A stretch of 24,415 nucleotides of DNA, taken from sequence record SRR31156797_416; one strand, written 5' to 3'. Position numbers and translations under genes: made by a program. The number at the start of each line of letters is the position of its first letter. The first letter of the stretch is position 1. Of the stretch, positions 1 to 7,888 are shown piece after piece. Under the pieces are notes generated by a model, which was not told where the DNA came from, did not search any database, and saw only the letters and a program-made list of their open reading frames with translations.

Positions 1-898
1 CACTTTTGCGGTATTCATCATAACGGGAGTCAGGGATAATGATGGCCTGCAGGCCAAGTACGCCATCTGCTTTAAGCAGGTTGTTGATTTTTGAAAAATA
101 CACCGGAAAATATTTGTGGCCAACGGCTTCTATCATTTCAATAGAAACAACCTTGTCGAATTTCCCTTTTATATTGCGGTAATCTTCCAGCAGGATGTTC
201 ACGCTGTCCTGTAATTTTTCTTTCATGATCCGTGCACGTGCAAATTCGAACTGCTCTTTCGAAATGGTTACGCCGGTGACCTTGCAGCCATGAGTTCTGG
301 CAGCATATTCAGCAAATCCACCCCATCCGCAACCAATTTCCAGCACATGGTCACCCTGTGCTATGCCTGTGCTCTGGCAAAGTTGTTTATATTTTTCAGT
401 TTGTGCCTGTTCCAGCGATTGATCAGGATTTTCAAAAAATGCACTTGAATAGGTCATGCTATTATCCAGAAAATTCCTGAAAAATTCGTTGCTCAGGTCG
501 TAGTGTTTCGAAATGTTTGATCGGGATCCCCTGATAGAGTTGGGTTTCAGGATGTGAAAAATCCTGTTCGATATTTTGAGTAAGTTCAATGGCGAAAATA
601 TTCTTTCGGCACCTGACATGGTAGGCATTTGTTCAAGGTTACGGATGAACCAGGAAATGAGGTTGGTCAGGTTGCTGGTATCCCAGCGTTTTTCCATATA
701 AGCCTCACCAAGACCAACATCGCCATAAAGTACAACCTGCCTGAAAAATGCCGAATCATTTATCGTCATATCAGCTTGGGGGCCACTTCCATGGTCAATA
801 TTCAGGGTTGATGAATCCGGTAAAGTCAGCCTCAACATACCTGATTGCATTTTATAGAGCATTCGTAAAACCAGCTTTTGATAAACTCCTCCAGACAT
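1..898 (-). CDS. cfa: Cyclopropane-fatty-acyl-phospholipid synthase family SAM methyltransferase (UfaM/Cfa-like); 3' end runs off the left edge
   Basis: Not in the ORF track because it has no stop inside the window. Manual translation from the ATG at 898 gives MSGGVYQKLVLRML...YGDVGLGEAYMEKRWDT...NISKHYDLSNEFFRNFLDNSMTYSSAFF...VLEIGCGWGG...FDKVVSIEMIEAVG...GLQAIIIPDSRYDEYRKS. These are classic Cfa motifs. Confidence 0.92.
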   Translation of the reverse strand, partial: MSGGVYQKLVLRMLYKMQSGMLRLTLPDSSTLNIDHGSGPQADMTINDSAFFRQVVLYGDVGLGEAYMEKRWDTSNLTNLISWFIRNLEQMPTMSGAERIFSPLNLLKISNRIFHILKPNSIRGSRSNISKHYDLSNEFFRNFLDNSMTYSSAFFENPDQSLEQAQTEKYKQLCQSTGIAQGDHVLEIGCGWGGFAEYAARTHGCKVTGVTISKEQFEFARARIMKEKLQDSVNILLEDYRNIKGKFDKVVSIEMIEAVGHKYFPVYFSKINNLLKADGVLGLQAIIIPDSRYDEYRKS

Positions 899-936
899 GA
901 TTGGTGTTGGTTGTTTAGTGGTTGCTAAAATAATGG

Positions 937-1725
937 TTATTCACCATTGGCAAAATACATGTCGCGTTGCATGTCCTTGTTTTCACCTTTTTTATAAAAT
1001 TTTACGCCTTTTAACCAGAGTTTGAGGGCCTGCCAGTGTATCAGTGCAATGATTTGAAATGTGATAAGGGGAAACCTGAGGAAATACCAGGCAAGGTTGA
1101 CGTTCGAAAATTTCTTTTGTTCTCCTTTAAGCACTGCCCTTACAGGCTTCTCACCACCTTTGATATCGTCAACCATAATGCTGAAATCTTTGCCGGGCAG
1201 CCCCACTTTTAATTCGAGTTTGTCATCAGGCCGGGTGAAAGGGGATATGTAGAAATATTTATTATGAAATTCATGGAAAAAGCCATTCTTGAAATTCTTC
1301 AAAAGGTAAAACTTCATATCTCCAAACGTGTTCGAAACTTCTGCAATGGCATATTTAACCGAATTATTTTCATCATAGAGGTAATAAAATGATACAGGGT
1401 TAAATACATATCCAAGGATACGCAAGTTAGTAAGCAACTCAATGCGGGCGGGCGTAAAATCTATATTTTGTGATTCGAGATAATCTTTCAGTTTTTGCTG
1501 GATAGATTGTTTGTTTGATTTGTCCTTTTTCCTGAAATGATCACGATCGTAAATGCCAAACAAATTAAACCTGTTATGACCGATCATGGAGAACTTTTGC
1601 GTTAGCTTATCAATTTCATCCAGATCAATCACAAACATAAATATGCGATAGGCAAAACCGTTGGATTTGGGTTTTTCCCTTTTGTGCGTGACCATGCATT
1701 TGTATAACCTGCTCTTTAGTTCCAT
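937..1725 (-). CDS. DUF1365 family protein (UfaO-like)
   Basis: Motifs H-x-R...F-x-Y...DLDE, LLTNLRILGYVFNPVSFYY, AEVSNTFG, K-x-F-Y-ISPF and IHWQALKLWLKG. It overlaps the upstream oxidoreductase by 10 nt. Confidence 0.9.
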   Translation of the reverse strand: MELKSRLYKCMVTHKREKPKSNGFAYRIFMFVIDLDEIDKLTQKFSMIGHNRFNLFGIYDRDHFRKKDKSNKQSIQQKLKDYLESQNIDFTPARIELLTNLRILGYVFNPVSFYYLYDENNSVKYAIAEVSNTFGDMKFYLLKNFKNGFFHEFHNKYFYISPFTRPDDKLELKVGLPGKDFSIMVDDIKGGEKPVRAVLKGEQKKFSNVNLAWYFLRFPLITFQIIALIHWQALKLWLKGVKFYKKGENKDMQRDMYFANGE

Positions 1726-2978
1726 AGCCTTTTTCCTGCTAATTTCTCTGCTGCTGCAATCCCTGATTTCAATGCATCCTCATGGAATCCATACCCGAAA
1801 TAGCTTCCGCAAAAATAAATCTGCCCACCATCGTTAAGGGACGGTAGTTCTTTTTGAGCTTTAATGGCTTCCAGGTCAAACACCGGGTGCTCGTACCAGG
1901 TTTCCATAATCACTTTTGTTGGATCAATATTTCCCGGGTCATTCACGGAAAGCATGTAATCTGTTTTTGTTGGCAATCCCTGAAGCATGTTCATATTATA
2001 AACCGTAGAAGTAGTGTACCGCCCATTTTTGCCTTCAATCCGGTAGTTCCAGGCCGACCATACACGTTTTCGGAGCGGCATTACCGAAGCATCAGTGTGC
2101 AGGGTAACTTTGTTGGGTTGATATGAGAATTTTGACAACAATTGTTCTTGCTTTACATCAGGGTTTGCAAGCATTTTTAGCGCCTGATCACCATGTGCCG
2201 CGATCACTACTTTGTCAAATATCCGGATGTTTCCATGCTGATCGGTTACTTCAACTTTTCCATTGTTTTTTTTGATGGATGAAATTTCTGTATTGGTGAT
2301 AATTCTGTCCTTGTAATAATTGATGAGCTTCTCGCGATATGCCTGGCTGCCATTTTCAACTGTATACCATTGGAAATGCGAGTTAACACCCAAGAGTCCA
2401 TGGTTCTTAAAGAACCTGACCAATGCAACCATCGGGAAATCCAGGCTTTTTTCCGGAGGTGTTGACCAGATGGCGGAGTTCATGGGTAAAAGGTATTTTT
2501 CCATGAAGTCTTCACCAAATCCATTTTCCCGGGTGTAATCACCAATGGTATATTCATTAAACTGTGGTTCTTCAAGCACAGCCACGGATTCTTTATTGAA
2601 CCTCACAATATCAGAAAGCATCCTGTAAAATCCGGGCCTGAGCAGGTTTCGCCGTTGCCCGAAAATGCCATTAAATCCCGAACCATTGTATTCTAACTTT
2701 TCAGGTTTGTGTTGCACACTGAACGACATGTTTGTAGGTTTATAAGGCACATCAAGGGTGTGGAAAAGTTTCAGGAGGTTGGGGTAGTTGTGTTTGTTGA
2801 ACACGATAAATCCTGTGTCGACAGGTATATTTTTCCCATTCTCTACAACATTAAATGTGTTGGTATGTCCGCCAACATAATTGTTTTTCTCAAAAATGGT
2901 TATTCCGTAATCCCGGTTGAGCAGCCACGCAGCCGCCATACCGGCAATCCCTGTCCCAATTATTGCAATCTTTTCCAT
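1716..2978 (-). CDS. FAD-dependent oxidoreductase, flavin amine oxidase family (UfaD-like)
   Basis: N-terminal KIAIIGTGIAG Rossmann motif, GGHTNT, VDTGFIVFN..NYPNL, AIWST, WSAWNY and C-terminal GSYFGYGFHEDAL. The family is typically found next to DUF1365 and cfa. Confidence 0.9.
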   Translation of the reverse strand: MEKIAIIGTGIAGMAAAWLLNRDYGITIFEKNNYVGGHTNTFNVVENGKNIPVDTGFIVFNKHNYPNLLKLFHTLDVPYKPTNMSFSVQHKPEKLEYNGSGFNGIFGQRRNLLRPGFYRMLSDIVRFNKESVAVLEEPQFNEYTIGDYTRENGFGEDFMEKYLLPMNSAIWSTPPEKSLDFPMVALVRFFKNHGLLGVNSHFQWYTVENGSQAYREKLINYYKDRIITNTEISSIKKNNGKVEVTDQHGNIRIFDKVVIAAHGDQALKMLANPDVKQEQLLSKFSYQPNKVTLHTDASVMPLRKRVWSAWNYRIEGKNGRYTTSTVYNMNMLQGLPTKTDYMLSVNDPGNIDPTKVIMETWYEHPVFDLEAIKAQKELPSLNDGGQIYFCGSYFGYGFHEDALKSGIAAAEKLAGKRLWN

Positions 2979-2979
2979 T

Positions 2980-4005
2980 TTACTTTTTTTGGAACAGATA
3001 GTGACTCACCTGCCATTCGTTTCCATTTTTCATTCTAAAGGTTTCGGAGCATGCCATAAAAAAGATCCGCCAGTAAACCCAAAACTTTTTGGCTTCTTCA
3101 CCATAAGTTTCCATAAACAATTCCATAACGGGGACTTTATTTTTATCCATTTTCGAGAGCCACGCTTCAAGGGTTTTGCTGTAATGCACACCGTTTATGT
3201 TCCAGTGGCCTGCCTGCATAAAGCCATCAGCAAACCTGAACAAAAGGTCGTCGCTGGGCATCATGCCACCGCTAAAAAAATGCCTGGCCATCCAGTCGGA
3301 TTTATGTTCAGCTTCAAATTTGTAAGCATATTTCTTATGGTTGAAAATATGTACAAACAGTTTCCCTTTCGGATTTAGCCATGAATGGATGTTTTTGAAT
3401 AACTGGTCATAATTGCGAACATGCTCAAACATTTCCACTGATATGATTCGGTCGAATTGCTGCTCAGGGTTAAAGTCGTTGATATCTGAGGTAATTACTT
3501 TTAGATTCCCAATTCCAAGGTTCTGGGCTTTATTCTCGATGAATTCCCGTTGTGAATTGCTGTTTGAAACTGCTGTAAAACTTTTGTTGGGGAATTTCTT
3601 GGCAGCGTACAACGAAAATGATCCCCATCCACAGCCAAGGTCAAGTATTGACTTTCCGTTTACTACATCTGCCCTGGCAATGGTTAATTCCAGCATTTTT
3701 TCTTCGGAATCATGCAGGGTTGTGGTTTTGTCGTCCCAATAACCACAACTGTATTTGAGCCATGGCCCCAGCACGATTTCGTAGAAACCGGCCGGAACTT
3801 CGTAATGTTGTTCGTTTGCATCGCTGGTGTTCACAGCAATTGGAGAGGATTTAAGCTCAGCGATGAGTTTGGTTTTTTGTTCCTCTTCGAGTTGGCGGCT
3901 GGATTTTTTTTCACGCCTAATGGTATTTTTGAGCCGTGTTCGGATTGCTGGCCTTATGACGGCATCCGGTAAAATATTTTTCTCAAGCAGAAAATCTACG
4001 TTCAT
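2980..4005 (-). CDS. Class I SAM-dependent methyltransferase, Cfa/coclaurine N-methyltransferase-like
   Basis: ANEQHYEVP, LKYSCGYW, ILDLGCGWGS, SNSNSQREFI, FDRIISVEMFEH, DWMARHFFSGGMMPS and WRIFFMACSETF. Its stop is 1 nt from the next start. Confidence 0.9.
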   Translation of the reverse strand: MNVDFLLEKNILPDAVIRPAIRTRLKNTIRREKKSSRQLEEEQKTKLIAELKSSPIAVNTSDANEQHYEVPAGFYEIVLGPWLKYSCGYWDDKTTTLHDSEEKMLELTIARADVVNGKSILDLGCGWGSFSLYAAKKFPNKSFTAVSNSNSQREFIENKAQNLGIGNLKVITSDINDFNPEQQFDRIISVEMFEHVRNYDQLFKNIHSWLNPKGKLFVHIFNHKKYAYKFEAEHKSDWMARHFFSGGMMPSDDLLFRFADGFMQAGHWNINGVHYSKTLEAWLSKMDKNKVPVMELFMETYGEEAKKFWVYWRIFFMACSETFRMKNGNEWQVSHYLFQKK

Positions 4006-4178
4006 TTTAAATAATGTTTAATGAAGGATTTAAAAGATTAAACATAAATAGTGTGAACTGTGTTTAGGGAAGTTTTAAAAATTCAATCTATTTAAGATAT
4101 TTTATCATTTTTATAAAAAGAATCACGCCAGGCAAGATTTTAATTCTACAAGATAGCTTTTGTGTTTTCATAAACGTT

Positions 4179-4186
4179 TATATTTG
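4179..4186 (+). promoter_or_regulatory. Bacteroidota sigma-A -7 box (TATATTTG) for the SDR gene
   Basis: Matches TAnnTTTG, with a TTTG at 4159-4162. Its position favours the ATG at 4215 over the one at 4194. Confidence 0.55.
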
Positions 4187-4214
4187 TTCTAATATGAACG
4201 GAAATTTAGGAGCC

Positions 4215-4979
4215 ATGAAGAATTGGAATTTGACAGGAAAAACAGCCCTGATAACAGGCGCAACAAAAGGAATCGGGAAAGCAATTGCACAGGAGTTTCT
4301 TCGATTAGGGGCATCGGTTTATTTAGTTGCCCGGAACGAAGAAACCCTTCAGGAGGTTTTGGATGAGTTTAAAGGTTATGGTGGAAAAATTGATGGCTTT
4401 CCTGCTGACCTTTCCATTCCTGCTGAAAGATCGGACCTTGTTTCAGAGGTTGCTGCAAAATGGGGGAAATTGGATGTTCTTGTAAATAATGTGGGGACTA
4501 ATATCAGGAAAAAGTCTGATGCATACACAGATGAAGAAATCGAATTTATCTTGCAAACCAACCTAAAATCTGCATTTGATCTCTCCAGGAAAGTATATCC
4601 ATTTTTAAAGAATGCCGGATCAGCCTCTATTGTGAATATTTCATCGGTTGCGGGCCTAACCAGTTTGAAAACTGGAGCTGTATATGGTATGACCAAAGCA
4701 GCGATGGTGCAGATGACAAAAAACCTCGCGTGTGAGTGGGCCCTTGATGGCATCAGGGTAAATGCCGTTGCTCCCTGGTATATCGAAACGCCGCTTGCCA
4801 GGCAGGTGCTGAAAGACTTTGATTATTTAACATCCGTTTTGGAACGAACCCCAATGCAACGCGTGGGAAAGCCTGAAGAGGTTGCTTCGGCTGCTGCATT
4901 TTTAGCCATGCCGGCAGCTTCCTACATCACCGGGCAGTGCCTGGCAGTGGATGGAGGCTTTACGGTTTATGGGTTTTAA
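4215..4979 (+). CDS. Short-chain dehydrogenase/reductase, tropinone reductase-like
   Basis: [34 protein letters not shown] (YxxxK), [21 protein letters not shown] and ASYITGQ. The ORF track starts it at 4194; 4215 is preferred from the promoter position and typical family length. Confidence 0.9.
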   Translation: MKNWNLTGKTALITGATKGIGKAIAQEFLRLGASVYLVARNEETLQEVLDEFKGYGGKIDGFPADLSIPAERSDLVSEVAAKWGKLDVLVNNVGTNIRKKSDAYTDEEIEFILQTNLKSAFDLSRKVYPFLKNAGSASIVNISSVAGLTSLKTGAVYGMTKAAMVQMTKNLACEWALDGIRVNAVAPWYIETPLARQVLKDFDYLTSVLERTPMQRVGKPEEVASAAAFLAMPAASYITGQCLAVDGGFTVYGF

Positions 4980-4997
4980 AGCAATTCCACGATACGC

Positions 4998-5453
4998 CTA
5001 TTGTTGAAGCCTCGTGTCGAATTCAAAAGGCTTTGAGCTGGTTATCTTAACTTCATTAAATTTTTGATGATTTGGATTGATCAGATAGTTGTAATCTCCT
5101 TCAATGACTACTGATGGGACTTTCATGGCCAGTGTTTCATTTTCGATCAGCCAGTTTGTTCCGATTCTTTGTGTTGATCCCGGGAATGGAAATTGTTTCC
5201 AGTCTTCTGGTAATTGCTCTTCAGGGAAAACCTTTACAGCAACATCTGGTATTTTCAGGGTTAGTATCTGATAATCGTGTTGGATCGTGCTAAGGGAGAT
5301 GTGCACCGCAAGTTCCATGGCTGCCAGGGCACGCGACTGACAGGTGTAAAGCATGGGGTGCCCCTTTTGGTTCCATCTACCACCTGCTTTTTCAGCACCT
5401 CGCCCTGAAATGTCGCCTGCATACTTAGTATTGCTGATCCTGAATAAAATCAT
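4998..5453 (-). CDS. RES-domain toxin (NAD+ phosphorylase type)
   Basis: SGRGAEKAGGRWN..G..MLYT...ALA.ME..VH, VPSVV and NYLINPNH. It has an ATGA overlap with the antitoxin. Confidence 0.92.
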   Translation of the reverse strand: MILFRISNTKYAGDISGRGAEKAGGRWNQKGHPMLYTCQSRALAAMELAVHISLSTIQHDYQILTLKIPDVAVKVFPEEQLPEDWKQFPFPGSTQRIGTNWLIENETLAMKVPSVVIEGDYNYLINPNHQKFNEVKITSSKPFEFDTRLQQ

Positions 5454-5872
5454 GAAATAACACCGTGCTCCAGCCTGATGAGTTCGTCTTTAATGAGGTT
5501 GATGCCAAAAGTGCTGTCGAGGAGGCTCTTGGGTTTAACGCCACCCAGAGCAGTGTTTTCAATATTCATCCATTGATCAAACCGGCTGCCGGAACCAAAT
5601 GCTTCTTTACCAGCCTGATAAAGCAATGTGATTTCTAATATCTTCTCGGCGTAAATGGATTCGAAGCGTTTATTTTCTTTTTTGTAGCGTTGCATGGTGC
5701 GTTCAGAAAGATTAAGAAATTTAGCCCACTCGGCAAGCTTTAAAGGGATGAAGTTCAGGATTTGCCTGAAATAGTCGAAACTGATACCTTGTCGGGTAGT
5801 GTAAATTAAGGGTATAGCTTCTTCTCTGATCATCATTGATTCCCGATTTTCTATTGGCCCGTATTTTTTCAT
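5450..5872 (-). CDS. Xre/MbcA/ParS-type antitoxin of a RES-Xre TA system
   Basis: HTH-like WAKFLNLSERTMQRY and C-terminal W...N.ALGGVKP.SLLDSTFG...I.DELIRLEHGV. It lies directly upstream of the RES toxin. Confidence 0.92.
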   Translation of the reverse strand: MKKYGPIENRESMMIREEAIPLIYTTRQGISFDYFRQILNFIPLKLAEWAKFLNLSERTMQRYKKENKRFESIYAEKILEITLLYQAGKEAFGSGSRFDQWMNIENTALGGVKPKSLLDSTFGINLIKDELIRLEHGVIS

Positions 5873-5888
5873 GCTTTATTTAAATTCC

Positions 5889-5936
5889 TACAAATTTACG
5901 ACAAATTTCATAAATATTACGTCAAAGTTACAAATT
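5889..5936 (-). promoter_or_regulatory. Promoter/operator region of xre-RES
   Basis: Minus-strand TAnnTTTG boxes at 5891-5898 and 5923-5930. Direct repeat TTACGWCAAA at 5896 and 5917. Confidence 0.45.
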
Positions 5937-6013
5937 AAAACATTTTAACATTCGTTTGGTGTTCAAAAAAAGATTTGAGTTTTAGTAGTGTATTATTGTT
6001 TCAATAATCTTTT

Positions 6014-6022
6014 TATCTTTGC
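6014..6022 (+). promoter_or_regulatory. Sigma-A -7 box (TATCTTTGC) of the rpsF operon
   Basis: Consensus TAnnTTTG(C) about 50 nt upstream of rpsF, followed by an AT-rich leader. Confidence 0.7.
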
Positions 6023-6074
6023 GCCCACTTTTGAAAAATGTTAATTAATAAAATTTAATTTAAACAAATTCAGT

Positions 6075-6431
6075 ATGTTAAACCAGTATGAAACCGTTTT
6101 CATTTTAACTCCCGTTTTGTCTGATGAACAGATGAAGGAAACGGTAAAAAAGTATCAGGACTACCTGAGAGAAAAGGGCGCTGAGATCGTCCACGAAGAA
6201 AACTGGGGAATGCGTAAACTGGCGTATCCAATCCAGAAAAAATCAACCGGCTTTTATCATCTTTATGAATATAAAGCCGAAAGCGAACTGATTGCTAATT
6301 TAGAGCTTTCGCTAAAGCGTGATGAACGCGTTATGCGGTTCCTCACCGTGAAGTTGGATAAGCACGCTGTAGCTTACAACGAAAAGAAAAGGGCAAAAGC
6401 CAAGGAAGCTGAAACTACAGCAGAAAATTAA
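6075..6431 (+). CDS. rpsF: 30S ribosomal protein S6
   Basis: [20 protein letters not shown]...[20 protein letters not shown]...[11 protein letters not shown]. Confidence 0.99.
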   Translation: MLNQYETVFILTPVLSDEQMKETVKKYQDYLREKGAEIVHEENWGMRKLAYPIQKKSTGFYHLYEYKAESELIANLELSLKRDERVMRFLTVKLDKHAVAYNEKKRAKAKEAETTAEN

Positions 6432-6458
6432 AAATTGGTAATTTAAAATCGCAAAACA

Positions 6459-6728
6459 ATGGCACAACAAAACTCAGAAATAAAATACCTCACACCCATC
6501 GCGGTTGACGTAAAAAAGAAAAAGTATTGCCGCTTCAAAAAGGCCGGTATCAAATACATCGATTACAAAGACGCCGACTTCCTCATGAAGTTTGTGAATG
6601 AACAAGGTAAGATTCTCCCGCGCAGGATTACCGGTACTTCAACGAAATACCAGAAAAAAGTAGCCCAGGCCATCAAACGCGCAAGGCATCTTTCTTTACT
6701 ACCTTATGTTGCTGACTTATTAAAATAG
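6459..6728 (+). CDS. rpsR: 30S ribosomal protein S18
   Basis: [19 protein letters not shown]...[18 protein letters not shown]...AIKRAR, with a Bacteroidota-type N-terminus. Confidence 0.99.
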   Translation: MAQQNSEIKYLTPIAVDVKKKKYCRFKKAGIKYIDYKDADFLMKFVNEQGKILPRRITGTSTKYQKKVAQAIKRARHLSLLPYVADLLK

Positions 6729-6740
6729 GAGACACAAACC

Positions 6741-7187
6741 ATGGATATTATATTAAAAAAAGATATACCGAATCTCGGATACGAAAACGACGTTGTTAGT
6801 GTTAAGCCCGGCTATGCAAGGAATTATCTTATTCCTAAAGGAATGGCTATCATGGCAAACGAAACCAATAAAAAGATCCTGGCCGAAGTTCAACGTCAGA
6901 AATCATTCAAAGAAGAAAAATTACGTGAAGAAGCTGAAACTACATCCAAATTGCTCGAAAAAGTTTCGTTGAAGATTGGTGCAAAAGTAGGTACTTCAGG
7001 TAAGATCTTTGGCTCAGTAAATGCAATTCAAATATCGGATGCGCTGAAAGAAAAAGGCTATGAAATCGACAGGAAGAAGATCGAGGTTGATGGTGATGCC
7101 ATTAAGGAAGTTGGAGATTACGTGGCCAAGGTAAATCTTTACAAAGACATCAAGGCAGAAGTGAAATTCGAAGTTGTTTCGGAATAA
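6741..7187 (+). CDS. rplI: 50S ribosomal protein L9
   Basis: MDIILKKDIPNLG...VKPGYARNYLIPKG...GKIFGSV. Confidence 0.99.
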   Translation: MDIILKKDIPNLGYENDVVSVKPGYARNYLIPKGMAIMANETNKKILAEVQRQKSFKEEKLREEAETTSKLLEKVSLKIGAKVGTSGKIFGSVNAIQISDALKEKGYEIDRKKIEVDGDAIKEVGDYVAKVNLYKDIKAEVKFEVVSE

Positions 7188-7207
7188 AGCCTGCTGCATA
7201 AAATATG

Positions 7208-7241
7208 AAAGCCGTACGACCCGGGTCATACGGCTTTTTTT
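7208..7241 (+). terminator. Rho-independent terminator after rplI, possibly bidirectional
   Basis: AAAGCCGTACGAC-CCGG-GTCATACGGCTTT stem-loop followed by a T run, between convergent genes. Confidence 0.88.
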
Positions 7242-7264
7242 ATGCCCTCATGTGTGTGCAGGGT

Positions 7265-7540
7265 TTAGGATTTGGTAATTAAACCTTGTGCTATTACAAC
7301 AGGAAGCAAAATCAGAAAGAATACGGTAGATACAATTACTTTAGTAATTACCATGCTGAAAAAGCTTCCGAAAGCTCTGAGTGCGCCGGCTGATATTGCT
7401 GCAAATTTACTGGATAAAATTCCGGCAGTAATTAAAAGGCCTGGAATGATTAGCCACACATACAATTCGAAGACCAATAAAGCAACCGCCATTAGCAGTG
7501 ACACACCCAGCAACAAATCTAGATTTCTGCGTGGTTCCAT
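7265..7540 (-). CDS. Small membrane protein, SxtJ-like
   Basis: 91 aa with about three hydrophobic segments. The C-terminal ITKVIVSTVFFLILLPV resembles the SxtJ-family pattern (L..VFF..L.P). The family assignment is tentative. Confidence 0.55.
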   Translation of the reverse strand: MEPRRNLDLLLGVSLLMAVALLVFELYVWLIIPGLLITAGILSSKFAAISAGALRAFGSFFSMVITKVIVSTVFFLILLPVVIAQGLITKS

Positions 7541-7888
7541 AGCTGTGTGTATTAGTAAGTGATAGTAGAAATTGTCCCCTTATCCAATGGTTTTATAGAA
7601 TAATTCAAAAACTATCCCAGGTCAAAGGTATGAATAATTAACTTTATTTAAGGTTTTTGTATTGCAATTTTTCAGTTTCAAATATTAACAATTTCCATCA
7701 AAATAGACGAATTATGGATTGGGTATGTGGGATAAATGATTGTTATAAAGCTGTTTATGTGGTTATTTAGAAATGTGAATAAATTGCGATTCACTATGAA
7801 TTTAATTTCCGTCCAAATAGATCGAAAAGCAATTTACTTTGGTTTATATCTTTAAAATCTGGAAATTCTTTCCAAATGTGGTAATAAA

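Noticed and set aside
629-3972. Numerous short antisense or overlapping ORFs here and elsewhere (e.g. 9173-9733, 12583-13224, 15652-16014)
   Set aside because: Shadow frames of well-supported genes on the opposite strand or in another frame.
4040-4067. TAAACA...TGTTTA inverted repeat upstream of the lipid operon as a light or oxidative-stress regulator site
   Set aside because: Only short AT-rich arms, no match to a CarH 11-bp direct-repeat spacing or an RpoE promoter, and no regulator gene in the window.
6022-6074. S6:S18 ribosomal leader RNA
   Set aside because: The leader is short and AT-rich, with no evident stem flanked by the conserved CCG motif.
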